Shown one piece after another: positions 9,462 to 19,217 of a stretch of 59,524 nt of DNA. A model generated the notes under the pieces. It was given only the letters and a program-made list of their open reading frames with translations. It ran no database searches and was not told where the DNA came from. Source of the DNA: a bacterium. GTDB taxonomy: Bacteria; Patescibacteriota; Andersenbacteria; UBA10190. Numbering within the stretch: position 1 is the first letter of the stretch; every line of letters starts with the position of its first letter. The translations under genes and the position numbers were made by a program. The stretch lies in the NCBI GenBank assembly GCA_027624555.1, contig JAQBWN010000002.1, forward strand, positions 1 through 59,524, read 5' to 3'.

Positions 9462-10358
9462 ATGCACAAAGCGACCTTTCTTTTTGCCAGCCTAAGTATT
9501 TTGCTTGCATTTGGCATAGGTACAGTAGTATCAAAAATCATTCAACAGTCTCATACAACCGTTCCACTGGAAGGCGGGTCCAGTATTGAACTTGGATTAT
9601 CTGGAAACGAACAAGAACATAGTGAAAACGCGAGCCATAATAAAAGTACGTTACTTTTCAATACTGAAACCAAAACTATCATGTTTCAAAGAAACGCCTT
9701 TGAGCGAAGACCTCTTGCAAGCATTACAAAGCTTATGACTGCTATGGTTGCAATAGATCACGGTGTGGACTGGGAGAAAGAGGCGAATATTCTTCCACAA
9801 GAATACGGAGTGGGCGGAGAACTTCTATTGCATCCGGGTGAAACGGTAACAATGCGAGATCTTTTTCATGCATCGCTCCTCGGGTCAGCAAACAACGCAA
9901 CAGTTGCATACGTTCGCCAACTTGGCATTTCTCAAGAAGAATTTATACAAGAAATGAACCGCAAAGCAATTTTATTAAACTTGGAGCAAACAGAATTTTT
10001 CGACGTTACGGGACTCAACCCAAACAACGTTTCTACCGCGTACGAAATTGCCATGCTGGCGCACAGTGCATTTACAAAGTATCCGGAAATATCAAAAGCA
10101 ACTTCTGCAAAAGAATATTCATTTACGGTGCGCGGAAATGGAAGGGAACACACTATCCGCAATACAAACAAACTCATTTCAGAAAACAATCTGCAAGCAA
10201 CCGGCAGTAAAACAGGATTTCTGTACGAAGCCGGGTACTGCCTGGTAACACAAGGAGCTGGTATATACAAAGACCGCATAGCCGTTGTGATGAATGAAGT
10301 GAGTGAAGACGCACAATTTGCGGAAATCAACCAGCTCTTGAAAATGCAGGTGAAGTAG
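9462..10358 (+). CDS. D-alanyl-D-alanine carboxypeptidase, peptidase S11
   Basis: SxxK (SITK), SxN (SAN) and KTG motifs; N-terminal TM. Confidence 0.92.
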   Translation: MHKATFLFASLSILLAFGIGTVVSKIIQQSHTTVPLEGGSSIELGLSGNEQEHSENASHNKSTLLFNTETKTIMFQRNAFERRPLASITKLMTAMVAIDHGVDWEKEANILPQEYGVGGELLLHPGETVTMRDLFHASLLGSANNATVAYVRQLGISQEEFIQEMNRKAILLNLEQTEFFDVTGLNPNNVSTAYEIAMLAHSAFTKYPEISKATSAKEYSFTVRGNGREHTIRNTNKLISENNLQATGSKTGFLYEAGYCLVTQGAGIYKDRIAVVMNEVSEDAQFAEINQLLKMQVK

Positions 10359-10372
10359 CACATACTTTTTAT

Positions 10373-10795
10373 ATGGAATACAAGCCAAATATTTATCCAA
10401 TTATGTATTGGGCTCTCGTGTATGGAATTATTGCAGCAACTGCATTGCTTGCCGTTCATCTGCTCGCAGGTTTTATTAGCCTCCTGTGGTTCCCCGTTTT
10501 TCTCGCTGGTCTCGTTTGGGGAGGCTATCGAAAATACCAGCGAGATAAAGCAGCTTGGGCACAGAGCAACGGTTCACCTGCTACACCTACCTCAGGTAAG
10601 CAAAAAACCCCTGTAGAAGAATTTAAAGACGCGGCCCGAGACATAGCCCAGGCAAGTAGAGAGATGATGGCCCGCCAAGCTACTGAAGATGCAGCAACTG
10701 AGCAGGTAGAACAGGAAATAATTACTGAAGTACCAGAGACTGCACCCGAGGAAGACCAAGTTCCGCCACAATCACCGCTGCAACCTCTGGTTTAA
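10373..10795 (+). CDS. Hypothetical membrane protein
   Basis: Two TM helices and an acidic tail. Confidence 0.65.
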   Translation: MEYKPNIYPIMYWALVYGIIAATALLAVHLLAGFISLLWFPVFLAGLVWGGYRKYQRDKAAWAQSNGSPATPTSGKQKTPVEEFKDAARDIAQASREMMARQATEDAATEQVEQEIITEVPETAPEEDQVPPQSPLQPLV

Positions 10796-12069
10796 GATCG
10801 TGTTCGGCCGATTCCGAGATATAGTATTCCCATTTGCGCGATTCCGTCCGCATCAAGCGCATTTTTTCCGTCTACTACAAATTGTATGTTGTGTTTCTTA
10901 AGATTTTCTGGCGTTAATGCTTCGCATATACTTGTATGATTTGTTGCAAGCATTACAACATCTGCGCCAATCAGCGCTTCTTCTAAGGATGCAACGGTAG
11001 ATAAATGCAGCACGTGCGGGTCATATATTCGAAGCGAAATATCTGAACGTTTTTCTAAGAGCTCTTTCATTTCTAGTGCCGGGCTCTCCCGAATATCGTC
11101 GATGTCTTTTTTATATGCCAGTCCTAAAAGCGCAACAGTGAGTGGCTTTTTTTGTATATGCAACTTTTGCATTCCTTTATCTAGTAAAGAAACTGCAAAC
11201 TCTGGCATAGAATTATTAATATCCCGCGCAAGTTGTAAAAACTTATGGTCAAAACCTGCCTGCCGACCCCGCTCTATCATGTAGTACGGGTCTACGCTAA
11301 TGCAATGCCCGCCCACTCCATTTCCGGGGTAGTGCGGCATAAAGGCAAATGGCTTCGTAGCTGCGCCTTCGATAACATTTTTTACGTCAATGCCAAGTGC
11401 ATCGAATGATTTTGCCATTTCATTTACAAACGCAATATTAATATCCCGAAACGTGTTTTCCAAAATTTTTACTGCTTCTGCCTCAGTAACGGAATCCATT
11501 GCTTTTACAGGTGCATCTAAAATGCTTTCGTAAAAATCTTTGCCTGCCCGTGTTGCTTCTGGGGTTAACCCACCAATCACCCGAGGTATATTTCTCACCG
11601 ACCATTTCGCATCCCCTGGGTTTACGCGTTCTGGACAATGCACGATGTGAAGAGTAAGTTCTGGGCGACGACTTATAATGGGCAGCACAACCTCCATCAT
11701 CACACCCGGATTAATCGTCGATTCTACAGAAAGCAATTGATTATTTTTCAAGTAGGGAAGTATCGACTCAAGAGAAGACACGAGGGGTTCTAAATCGGGC
11801 ATGTGATCATGCGTGACCGGAGTTGGCACGGCAACCACAATAACATCTGCATCACGAACAACGTCTGGTTTTACACTTGCCTCGAGTGGCTCTTTTGCAA
11901 GCTCTGCTGTTATATATGCATCTGCAAACGGAGCTATGCCAGAAGTTATTTTTTTCACTTTTTCTTTATCTACGTCAAACCCCACAACTTGATTACCCCT
12001 GCTTCGTGCAAGAAGGGCAAGTGGAAGCCCTACATACCCTAAGCCCACTACTACGAGTTTCTTTGTCAT
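10792..12069 (-). CDS. UDP-N-acetyl-hexosamine dehydrogenase (nucleotide-sugar dehydrogenase, WecC/TviB family)
   Basis: GLGYVGLP, VPTP, ESTINPG, PER, GVGGHCISVDP, GLAYKKDIDDIRESP. Confidence 0.93.
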   Translation of the reverse strand: MTKKLVVVGLGYVGLPLALLARSRGNQVVGFDVDKEKVKKITSGIAPFADAYITAELAKEPLEASVKPDVVRDADVIVVAVPTPVTHDHMPDLEPLVSSLESILPYLKNNQLLSVESTINPGVMMEVVLPIISRRPELTLHIVHCPERVNPGDAKWSVRNIPRVIGGLTPEATRAGKDFYESILDAPVKAMDSVTEAEAVKILENTFRDINIAFVNEMAKSFDALGIDVKNVIEGAATKPFAFMPHYPGNGVGGHCISVDPYYMIERGRQAGFDHKFLQLARDINNSMPEFAVSLLDKGMQKLHIQKKPLTVALLGLAYKKDIDDIRESPALEMKELLEKRSDISLRIYDPHVLHLSTVASLEEALIGADVVMLATNHTSICEALTPENLKKHNIQFVVDGKNALDADGIAQMGILYLGIGRTRS

Positions 12070-12120
12070 ATAGCCCAATCTATCATGGCATTTGGGTCAA
12101 GTCCACGGTATACTGGTGCC

Positions 12121-12378
12121 ATGCCATTTCCACCTGTCACAATATATACCACCAAAAGTTGCGGATACTGTAAAGCAACCAAAGCGTTACTTACTGATAA
12201 TAAAGTTCCGTTCCATGAAATTGACGTTGGAACAGATCGGGGAAAAGCAAGAGAAATGATTGAACTTTCCGGGCAGATGGGCGTACCAGTAATCGTTATT
12301 GGGGATAAAAACAACACTGAAACCATTGTCGGATTTAACAAAGAAGCACTTGCAAGTGCACTACATATCACACTATGA
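12121..12378 (+). CDS. Glutaredoxin-like protein (NrdH/YruB type)
   Basis: CGYC active site, SGQMGVPVI, VGFN. Confidence 0.9.
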   Translation: MPFPPVTIYTTKSCGYCKATKALLTDNKVPFHEIDVGTDRGKAREMIELSGQMGVPVIVIGDKNNTETIVGFNKEALASALHITL

Positions 12379-13334
12379 GCGACGTAACAGACATCGTAAT
12401 AGTTGGGTACGGTCCTGCGGGCATGACCGCCGCGCTGTACGCTGCACGCAAACAACTTACGGTCACACTCATAGGAGAACTCCCCGGAGGAGAGGTGCGA
12501 AATTCTGGTGATATTGAAAATTGGATAGGAGATAGAAAAACGGACGGGAATACACTTGCTGATAAAATGATAGAACACGTAAAAGATCACTCGGACATGG
12601 TAACGACTATATTAGGAAAAGTTGCGAGCATCACGAAAGAATCTCCCACCCCACCCAGCCTCCCCTCGGGCAGGGGAGGAGCACTGTTCGTCACCACCAC
12701 AGAAGACGGGAAAGAATTTCGAAGTAAAGCGGTTATATATACCGCCGGGAGGCATCCAAGAATGCTCAACATTCCCGGAGAAAAGGAATTTAAAAATCTC
12801 GGGGTTACGTATTGCGCAACGTGCGATGCGCCTCTTTTTGAAGGAAAAGATGTCGTAGTTATTGGCGGAGGAAACTCTGGCGCAGAGGCGGTTATCATGC
12901 TGCAAAAAATTGCAAAAAGAATTTACGTACTACAAGACAAAGACCAGCTCATTGCCGACCCAGTACTCATTGCAAATTTCGATAAAGATCCAAAGGTTAC
13001 AATTACTACAAACGCGCAAACCCTAAACATAACAGGAGACACGTTTGTAACCGGACTCACGTATAAAGATAAGACAACCAACATTGAGCACAAGCTCGAC
13101 GTTCAAGGCATTTTTGTTACCATTGGCGCTATTCCGAATACGGCACCTATACAAGATTTCATCGAACTTGACCCCTTACGTGCAATACCTGCAGATAGGT
13201 ACGGAATAACCAGCATACCCGGGTTTTTTGCTGCAGGGGACGTAACCACAATTAGAGACGCACAAATTGTAGTGGCAGCGGGGCAAGGTTGCTCCGCGGC
13301 TTTATCGGCGGGAGACTACATTAGCCGGCTATGA
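12375..13334 (+). CDS. trxB: Thioredoxin-disulfide reductase
   Basis: GPAGMTAALYAAR, CATCD, GGGNSG, FAAGDV; carries the in-frame repeat peptide TPPSLPSGRGG. Confidence 0.92.
   Translation: MSDVTDIVIVGYGPAGMTAALYAARKQLTVTLIGELPGGEVRNSGDIENWIGDRKTDGNTLADKMIEHVKDHSDMVTTILGKVASITKESPTPPSLPSGRGGALFVTTTEDGKEFRSKAVIYTAGRHPRMLNIPGEKEFKNLGVTYCATCDAPLFEGKDVVVIGGGNSGAEAVIMLQKIAKRIYVLQDKDQLIADPVLIANFDKDPKVTITTNAQTLNITGDTFVTGLTYKDKTTNIEHKLDVQGIFVTIGAIPNTAPIQDFIELDPLRAIPADRYGITSIPGFFAAGDVTTIRDAQIVVAAGQGCSAALSAGDYISRL
12647..12681 (+). repeat. Palindromic REP-like element, family A (in frame in trxB)
   Basis: CACCCCACCCAGCCTCCCC-loop-GGGGAGGAG shared with 32415-32449. Confidence 0.85.
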
Positions 13335-14098
13335 ATACTCGCGTCGGGCCAATGGTAAAATCGCTTGTCTATCTTTTTCCGTCTTCCCATTACGTGTTAT
13401 TATCCTTATTTCTGTTTATTGGACTTGAGCTGCTCTTTGTTATTCATAATTGGCTTTTCTTACTCTTCTTTATTTTTCTTGCGATTCTCATTATTGGAAT
13501 TTTCCTGATTCGTTCCGAAGAAGGAAAGCAATTCCACCCAACACAAACCATTCTCCCCACACTCGCAGCGCTTGGGTTTGCCGCCCTTGCCATATACCTC
13601 CCACTCACCGCCTATCTTCATATATATTTTTTACTATGCGTAATTTTATTTTTCTACATCCTAAAACACGGCGCAAAACAAGCATACCCAACATGGAATA
13701 TGGTTATTTCACTTGCCGTCCTTTTCGCAGTTATTGCGCCCGCCATCGGGTGGAGATTCACTCTCTACACCCCAGTGTGGACTACTCTTGCACTCATTTT
13801 TCCATTAATTAGCTTAGTCGCTTTTCAAACTCTTCTTCGATACACAAAAACCCCCGGAGAAGCGGGTATCATAGCGCTCAGCCTTGGATTTACACTTGCG
13901 CAAGTTGTATGGATCCTGCAATTCCTTCCGCTTCATTTTATTGTCCAAGCAGGCCTTATAGTGGCTCTCTACCACATAGCTACGCAGCTTGTTATCCTTG
14001 TAATTGAACGGAACATTAGTCGCCGTTCCATCATTGAATATAGTCTTGTTGGCATTGGGGCAATTGTTATCCTTGCCACAACTGCATATTGGTCGTAA
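13331..14098 (+). CDS. Multi-pass membrane protein
   Basis: About 9 hydrophobic segments; ATGA overlap with trxB. Confidence 0.7.
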   Translation: MNTRVGPMVKSLVYLFPSSHYVLLSLFLFIGLELLFVIHNWLFLLFFIFLAILIIGIFLIRSEEGKQFHPTQTILPTLAALGFAALAIYLPLTAYLHIYFLLCVILFFYILKHGAKQAYPTWNMVISLAVLFAVIAPAIGWRFTLYTPVWTTLALIFPLISLVAFQTLLRYTKTPGEAGIIALSLGFTLAQVVWILQFLPLHFIVQAGLIVALYHIATQLVILVIERNISRRSIIEYSLVGIGAIVILATTAYWS

Positions 14099-14123
14099 AA
14101 TAAGCTATACTAAAAAAGAATTT

Positions 14124-15143
14124 ATGCCAACGAATACAATTCGATTACCACTCAGTGCACTTATCATTATTTTTATAATTATTTTGTGCGTAGCAATTGG
14201 TGGCGGAATAGTCGGCTCTCGAATGCTTGCGTCGCCAATCCCTATGAGATCCGACGGGAGCGGCACGATTGTTCCCGTATCTCAACAGGTTACTGTCTCA
14301 CCGAGTAAGTTAGCGTCAGACATTGTGGCAACATACGGAAAATCAGTTTTTCTGATCGCACAAAAAAACACAAAAAGTATTTCTGCGCTTGGTACTGGAC
14401 TAGCACTCACAAACGACGGAATTATTATGTCACTTATTGATGCAACACAAGAAGAAGTAGTTGGAATAGGGGAGGATGGCTCCATATTTCCGCTTGCCCC
14501 CATTGGATACGATGAACTTTCGGGAATTTCATTCTTCAAAGCAAGCGACAGAATTGTAACTCCACTTAACGTATCGCAAAGTACCCCACTTGTAGGTTCA
14601 ACCTTCCTGGCGCTGTATCGCCAAGAAGACAGCGCACAAATTACTGCACATCCTACAACCTTTTCTGCAACGGAGTTACCATCCGAAAAAACTGCACCTG
14701 GAATACAAAAACTTGCTTCCACAAAAAGTACAACCCCCTTGCCCCTCGGAGCTGCATTAATGGATGAAAATGGAAACCTTGCAGGCGTCGTTCAGAGCCC
14801 ATTAAAGCATACTGCACTCTTCGTGTCAGATGTACGTTCAGCGCTTAATCGCTTATCGTCAAATCAACTGTCTTTTAATCCCCTCACGCCACTCGGATTT
14901 ACAGTAAGCTGGAAAGCGCAAATAGATGGGAATAATGCTCTTCGTGTGAAAAGTATTATCAGCAGCATAACAAAAAATAGCCCTGCAGATATTGCCGGAT
15001 TACAAACAGGAGACATACTTACTGCAATTGCTGGGAATACCGTTTCTTGGGACACTACAATTGTTGACGCACTCAGCACAAACCCAGTGCACCTCACAAT
15101 TTTGCGACAAGAGCAGGTGAGGCAAATATCTATTACCCCTTAA
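14124..15143 (+). CDS. Trypsin-like/PDZ protein, probably catalytically inactive
   Basis: GTGLALTNDG and a C-terminal PDZ (SPADIAGLQTGD); no His or GxSGG motif visible. Confidence 0.7.
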   Translation: MPTNTIRLPLSALIIIFIIILCVAIGGGIVGSRMLASPIPMRSDGSGTIVPVSQQVTVSPSKLASDIVATYGKSVFLIAQKNTKSISALGTGLALTNDGIIMSLIDATQEEVVGIGEDGSIFPLAPIGYDELSGISFFKASDRIVTPLNVSQSTPLVGSTFLALYRQEDSAQITAHPTTFSATELPSEKTAPGIQKLASTKSTTPLPLGAALMDENGNLAGVVQSPLKHTALFVSDVRSALNRLSSNQLSFNPLTPLGFTVSWKAQIDGNNALRVKSIISSITKNSPADIAGLQTGDILTAIAGNTVSWDTTIVDALSTNPVHLTILRQEQVRQISITP

Positions 15144-15147
15144 GTAC

Positions 15148-15528
15148 GTGGCAACGCTCCGACCAAATTTTATTCTTATTGCTACGGCAATCATCGCCGT
15201 ACTTATTCTTTTTTCTCTTGCACAGGAGATGAATAGACGGTGGCAAGTACAAAGAGAAGTCACTCGTCTTGAGGCAGATGTGAATAAAATGGAACGGAAA
15301 GTTGTGGAACTGGAACAACTGAATGCGTACTTCAGCACCCAAGACTATAAAGAACGCCTCGCTCGCGAACAGCTCAACTTCCGAGCACCAGGAGAAAAAG
15401 TTGTGCTTATTCCAGAACGAGTTGCAGGTGCACAGCAAACAAATCCCACAGCAAGTATCGCAGACGCAACGCTTTCTATCCCTCTGCGGTGGTGGTACCT
15501 GTTTTTTGTCCAAACTCCTAAAAAATGA
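15148..15528 (+). CDS. Septum formation initiator (FtsB/DivIC family)
   Basis: TM helix, coiled coil, ERLAREQLNF.APGEKV. Confidence 0.85.
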   Translation: MATLRPNFILIATAIIAVLILFSLAQEMNRRWQVQREVTRLEADVNKMERKVVELEQLNAYFSTQDYKERLAREQLNFRAPGEKVVLIPERVAGAQQTNPTASIADATLSIPLRWWYLFFVQTPKK

Positions 15529-16040
15529 AATTTCTCGTTTCGGTTTTACTCCTCATTGCATCGTTTCTCATTCTGTTTTGGTGGAAACATGCATTCGCAC
15601 TTCCAATATTTTGCAGCACAAGAGGATGTGTTACCACAATTGACCGGAATGCAGAAAAAAAACACCAGAAAGCGTTTGCAACGGTCACTCAATCATCCCC
15701 GCCTACGGAAACAACTATACTTACCACACTTGTTCGCAGGCATTTGATACTTCACCTACCAAATACCCAAGATTTTTCACAAGAGGCAATTTCATACAGA
15801 ACCGATATTTTGCATTTTACAGACGAGGCTGCAATAAAAGAAATGGGATTTGATTCGTTTACAGAATACGACAATGCAGTTACCATTCCGTTTTTACTCC
15901 AACAATCCTACATGAACGAACACGGCTTCAAAGATCCACAAGAAGCATATAAAAATCTTTCAAAAAATTATCACGTACTCTCCTTGCTTTTTGGGTACAC
16001 GTGGGATAGTAGTAAAGGGGAGGTAGTTCCGCGGATATAG
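15525..16040 (+). CDS. Hypothetical membrane-anchored protein
   Basis: N-terminal TM; stop codon lies inside tRNA-Gly. Confidence 0.6.
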   Translation: MKFLVSVLLLIASFLILFWWKHAFALPIFCSTRGCVTTIDRNAEKKHQKAFATVTQSSPPTETTILTTLVRRHLILHLPNTQDFSQEAISYRTDILHFTDEAAIKEMGFDSFTEYDNAVTIPFLLQQSYMNEHGFKDPQEAYKNLSKNYHVLSLLFGYTWDSSKGEVVPRI

Positions 16041-16101
16041 TATAATGGAAGTACTTGACCTTCCCAAGGTTAGGGCGCGGGTTCGATTCCCGCTATCCGC
16101 T
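16031..16101 (+). tRNA. tRNA-Gly(CCC)
   Basis: GCGGATA/TATCCGC acceptor, TGACC-TT CCC AA-GGTTA anticodon arm, GTTCGATT. Confidence 0.95.
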
Positions 16102-16115
16102 CAAATTGTACACAA

Positions 16116-16148
16116 GAAAAAAAGCGAACCTGGTGGGGGTCCGCTTCG
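16116..16148 (-). terminator. Intrinsic terminator
   Basis: Minus strand AAGCGGACC-loop-GGTTCGCTT running into a T-run. Confidence 0.65.
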
Positions 16149-16359
16149 TGATTTTTGTTGTCGCGATTTGCGACTAATTTTGGGTTAATCGGGATGCAGT
16201 GTGACTACCCGCGCGATCACAATAATGTTCAACTTTATGGGGATCCTACACATGATCCCTTGGCGCGCTCATGATCATTTGATACTCCCGTCTCTTAAGG
16301 TACATACAAAATCCGTTTTGAAACCACTGTATCCTATTTAGCACATGCAAACTTGCTTG

Positions 16360-16563
16360 TCAACTACCGTCATGCTCTGGCTGGGGACTAGGTTTAACGT
16401 AACGAATCGCGAGTCTTCGTGTAATCAGATCCACAATTCGCTCATATTTATGCACTTTTGTAGCGGCGTGAAATTCGGGATGCCTTGCGTCATCTGGAAT
16501 GATTCTCATTATCGGTCGAAAATCAGAATCATCTGGACAGGATCTCTTGTTATGAATTGTCAT
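16360..16563 (-). CDS. Small orphan protein (67 aa)
   Basis: GGAGG 7 nt upstream of ATG 16563. Confidence 0.45.
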   Translation of the reverse strand: MTIHNKRSCPDDSDFRPIMRIIPDDARHPEFHAATKVHKYERIVDLITRRLAIRYVKPSPQPEHDGS

Positions 16564-16696
16564 ACACTTGCCTCCGCCGTTAAAACACGAATTGTGTAAG
16601 TACAGAATTAAACACACTAAGAATAACTGACTACCCCAAGCATACACCGTAATTGCTCTTGCAGTGTATTACATTTTTTATGCATAATTACAAGAT

Positions 16697-17908
16697 ATGA
16701 AAAACAATTCTCTCGTTATAAATATAGTTGCAGGTGCTGTTGCGGGCGCTGTTGTATCTATACTGATTCTTAATAATCCAAATATCTCGCGAACCATTAC
16801 ACCTAGTACGAACACGCCGCGTGCTGAGGAAATCGTTAGCAACGATTACGAAAAAACGGTTATCGAAACGGTAGAAAACGTTCAGAAAGCAGTAGTTTCT
16901 ATTGTTATATCTAAAGACGTGCCAATTATAGAACAATCCTTTCCACGAGGCTTTGATCCTTTTAACGATTTTTTTGGAAACGGATCTTTATCACCATTTT
17001 CGTTTCAGGTTCCGCAACTGGAACAAAAGGGAAGTCAAAAGCAGGAAATTGGGGGAGGGTCCGGGTTTCTTGTGTCAGCAGATGGCATGATTATCACAAA
17101 TCGCCATGTTGTAGACCAGGAAGAAGCGGAATATACAGTTTTTCTTAATGACGGCAGTAAGCATTCCGCAAAAGTTGTAGCGCGAGATCAACTAAACGAC
17201 ATTGCAGTAATAAAAATAGATGCGAAAGATTTGCCGTTTCTCACATTCGCAGATTCTTCAACTCTTAAAGTAGGGCAGACGGCAATAGCAATCGGTAATT
17301 CTCTCGGAGAACTTCGCAATACGGTTTCTACCGGCGTTGTATCTGGCCTATCCCGTTCTATTACTGCGGGTAATGGTCGTGGGCAAAGTGAACAGCTTAA
17401 CGAAGTCATTCAAACCGACGCAGCAATTAATCCAGGCAATTCCGGAGGTCCGCTATTAAATCTTTCCGGGCAGGTTATCGGGGTAAATGTTGCCATAGCA
17501 CAGGGATCGCAAAATGTAGGGTTCGCACTTCCTGCTAACGAAATTAAAAAAGTAGTAGAGTCTGTTCAAAAAACGGGGAAAATTACTCGAGCATATATCG
17601 GGGTGCGATACACAGAAATTACACCTCCCATTAAAGACGCAAATAATTTATCAGTAGACTATGGAGTTCTTGTTATTCGTGGTGAAACAGTGCAAGAGCT
17701 TGCGGTAATTCCTGGGTCTCCTGCAAACAAAGCAGGAATTGTTGAAGGTGATATTATTTTAGAAATAGACGGAAATAAATTAGACCAAGATAATTCACTT
17801 GCGAAAACAATAGGGAACAAGTCGCCAGGAGACACAGTTTCCCTCAAAATACTCAGTAAAGGCGATGAAAAAACAGTGTCAGTAAAGTTGGAAGAATCGC
17901 CGAGTTAG
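16697..17908 (+). CDS. htrA: HtrA/DegP-family serine protease with PDZ
   Basis: TNRHVV, DIAVIK, QTDAAINPGNSGGPL, PDZ. Confidence 0.95.
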   Translation: MKNNSLVINIVAGAVAGAVVSILILNNPNISRTITPSTNTPRAEEIVSNDYEKTVIETVENVQKAVVSIVISKDVPIIEQSFPRGFDPFNDFFGNGSLSPFSFQVPQLEQKGSQKQEIGGGSGFLVSADGMIITNRHVVDQEEAEYTVFLNDGSKHSAKVVARDQLNDIAVIKIDAKDLPFLTFADSSTLKVGQTAIAIGNSLGELRNTVSTGVVSGLSRSITAGNGRGQSEQLNEVIQTDAAINPGNSGGPLLNLSGQVIGVNVAIAQGSQNVGFALPANEIKKVVESVQKTGKITRAYIGVRYTEITPPIKDANNLSVDYGVLVIRGETVQELAVIPGSPANKAGIVEGDIILEIDGNKLDQDNSLAKTIGNKSPGDTVSLKILSKGDEKTVSVKLEESPS

Positions 17909-17963
17909 TTGTAGTCGCTAAATTTCCCCATATTGGCTACACTACCTCGATAGGTAGTTGCAA

Positions 17964-18034
17964 GCCGATCTAGTTCAGTGGTAGAACACTGCTTTCGTAA
18001 AGCAGAAACACGGGTTCGATTCCCGTCTTCGGCT
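17964..18034 (+). tRNA. tRNA-Thr(CGT)
   Basis: D arm GTTC/GAAC, CTGCT-TT CGT AA-AGCAG, ACGGG-TTCGATT-CCCGT; two acceptor-stem mismatches. Confidence 0.88.
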
Positions 18035-18051
18035 CCCGAACACAAGTTCGA

Positions 18052-18088
18052 CTGCGCCCCGCGAAGCTCGTAAGCGAAGTGGGGTTCT
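18052..18088 (-). repeat. Palindromic REP-like element, family C
   Basis: 32/37 nt match to dnaX 964-1000 in the opposite orientation. Confidence 0.8.
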
Positions 18089-18136
18089 CGCAGGAGGCTC
18101 AAATTTACTTTAAAGATAAAGTGATATAATAATTCT

Positions 18137-19211
18137 ATGAATTCCATCCCAGAAACTATCGAAAACATAACACGGCGGCTGAGGGAACTTGCCGACCGTC
18201 TTTGACGTTGCAAAAAAGGAACAGCGAGCCGCGGAAATAACTGCGCTGCAAGACGATGCTGCTTTTTGGAAAACGCGAGAACTGGCAAGCGCGCTTACGC
18301 AAGAACTGGCGGAACTAAACCGCGACATTTCGCATATACGAGACATCGAAAAAAATCTTACTGACCAAAAAGAGTTATATGAAATGGCACAAAGTGAATC
18401 TGATGAGCAGACACTAAATGATGTCGCTAATACTCTTGAGCAAATAGATACAACACTAAAAGAACGCGAGCGGCTGATACATTTTAACGGACCGCACGAT
18501 ACCAACAATGCAATTGTCACCATTCAATCTGGTGCCGGCGGTACAGACGCCCAAGACTGGGCAGAAATGTTAGAACGCATGTATTTGCGATATGCAGAAA
18601 AACGAGGATGGAAAACGATACTACTGGATAGAATGCCCGGCGAAGAAGCGGGCATTAAACACTCAACGTTTATTGTGCAAGGAAGCCACGTATTTGGAAT
18701 ACTCAAAAGCGAACACGGCGTACACCGCTTGGTTCGACTTTCGCCGTTCAATGCTAAAAACTTGCGCCAAACATCATTTGCTCGGGTTGAAATATTACCG
18801 GAGTTGAAGGAAAAAGAAATTCCAGCTATCGACCCAAAAGACTTAGTTATAGACACCTTCCGTGCCAGTGGAGCAGGGGGGCAGCATGTGAATAAAACGA
18901 GTTCAGCAGTGCGCATCCATCACCTACCAACTGGAATAGTGACTCAGTCACAGTCGCAACGCTCACAAACGCAAAATAAGGCAACAGCAATGTCCTTTTT
19001 AGCAGCGAAATTACAAATTCTCATAGAAGAACAAAAAGTACAGGAAGTAAAAGACTTACGAGGTACGCATCAACAAGCCGCATTTGGAAGTCAAATACGC
19101 TCGTACGTACTGCATCCATATACGTTAGTGAAAGATCACCGTTCAAATGTTGAGACTCATAATGCTACAGCAGTTTTAGAAGGAGACCTAGATGCATTTG
19201 TGATATACTAA
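18137..19211 (+). CDS. prfB: Peptide chain release factor 2, programmed +1 frameshift at CTT TGA C (18200-18206)
   Basis: A 22-codon ORF ends in CTTTGAC; the +1 frame has GAGGTDAQDW, SPF and GGQ motifs. Confidence 0.96.
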
Positions 19212-19217
19212 CCAGAC

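Noticed and set aside
16246..16248. Genome-wide stop-codon reassignment
   Set aside because: TAG, TGA and TAA all terminate conserved genes normally, and long genes are uninterrupted under code 11
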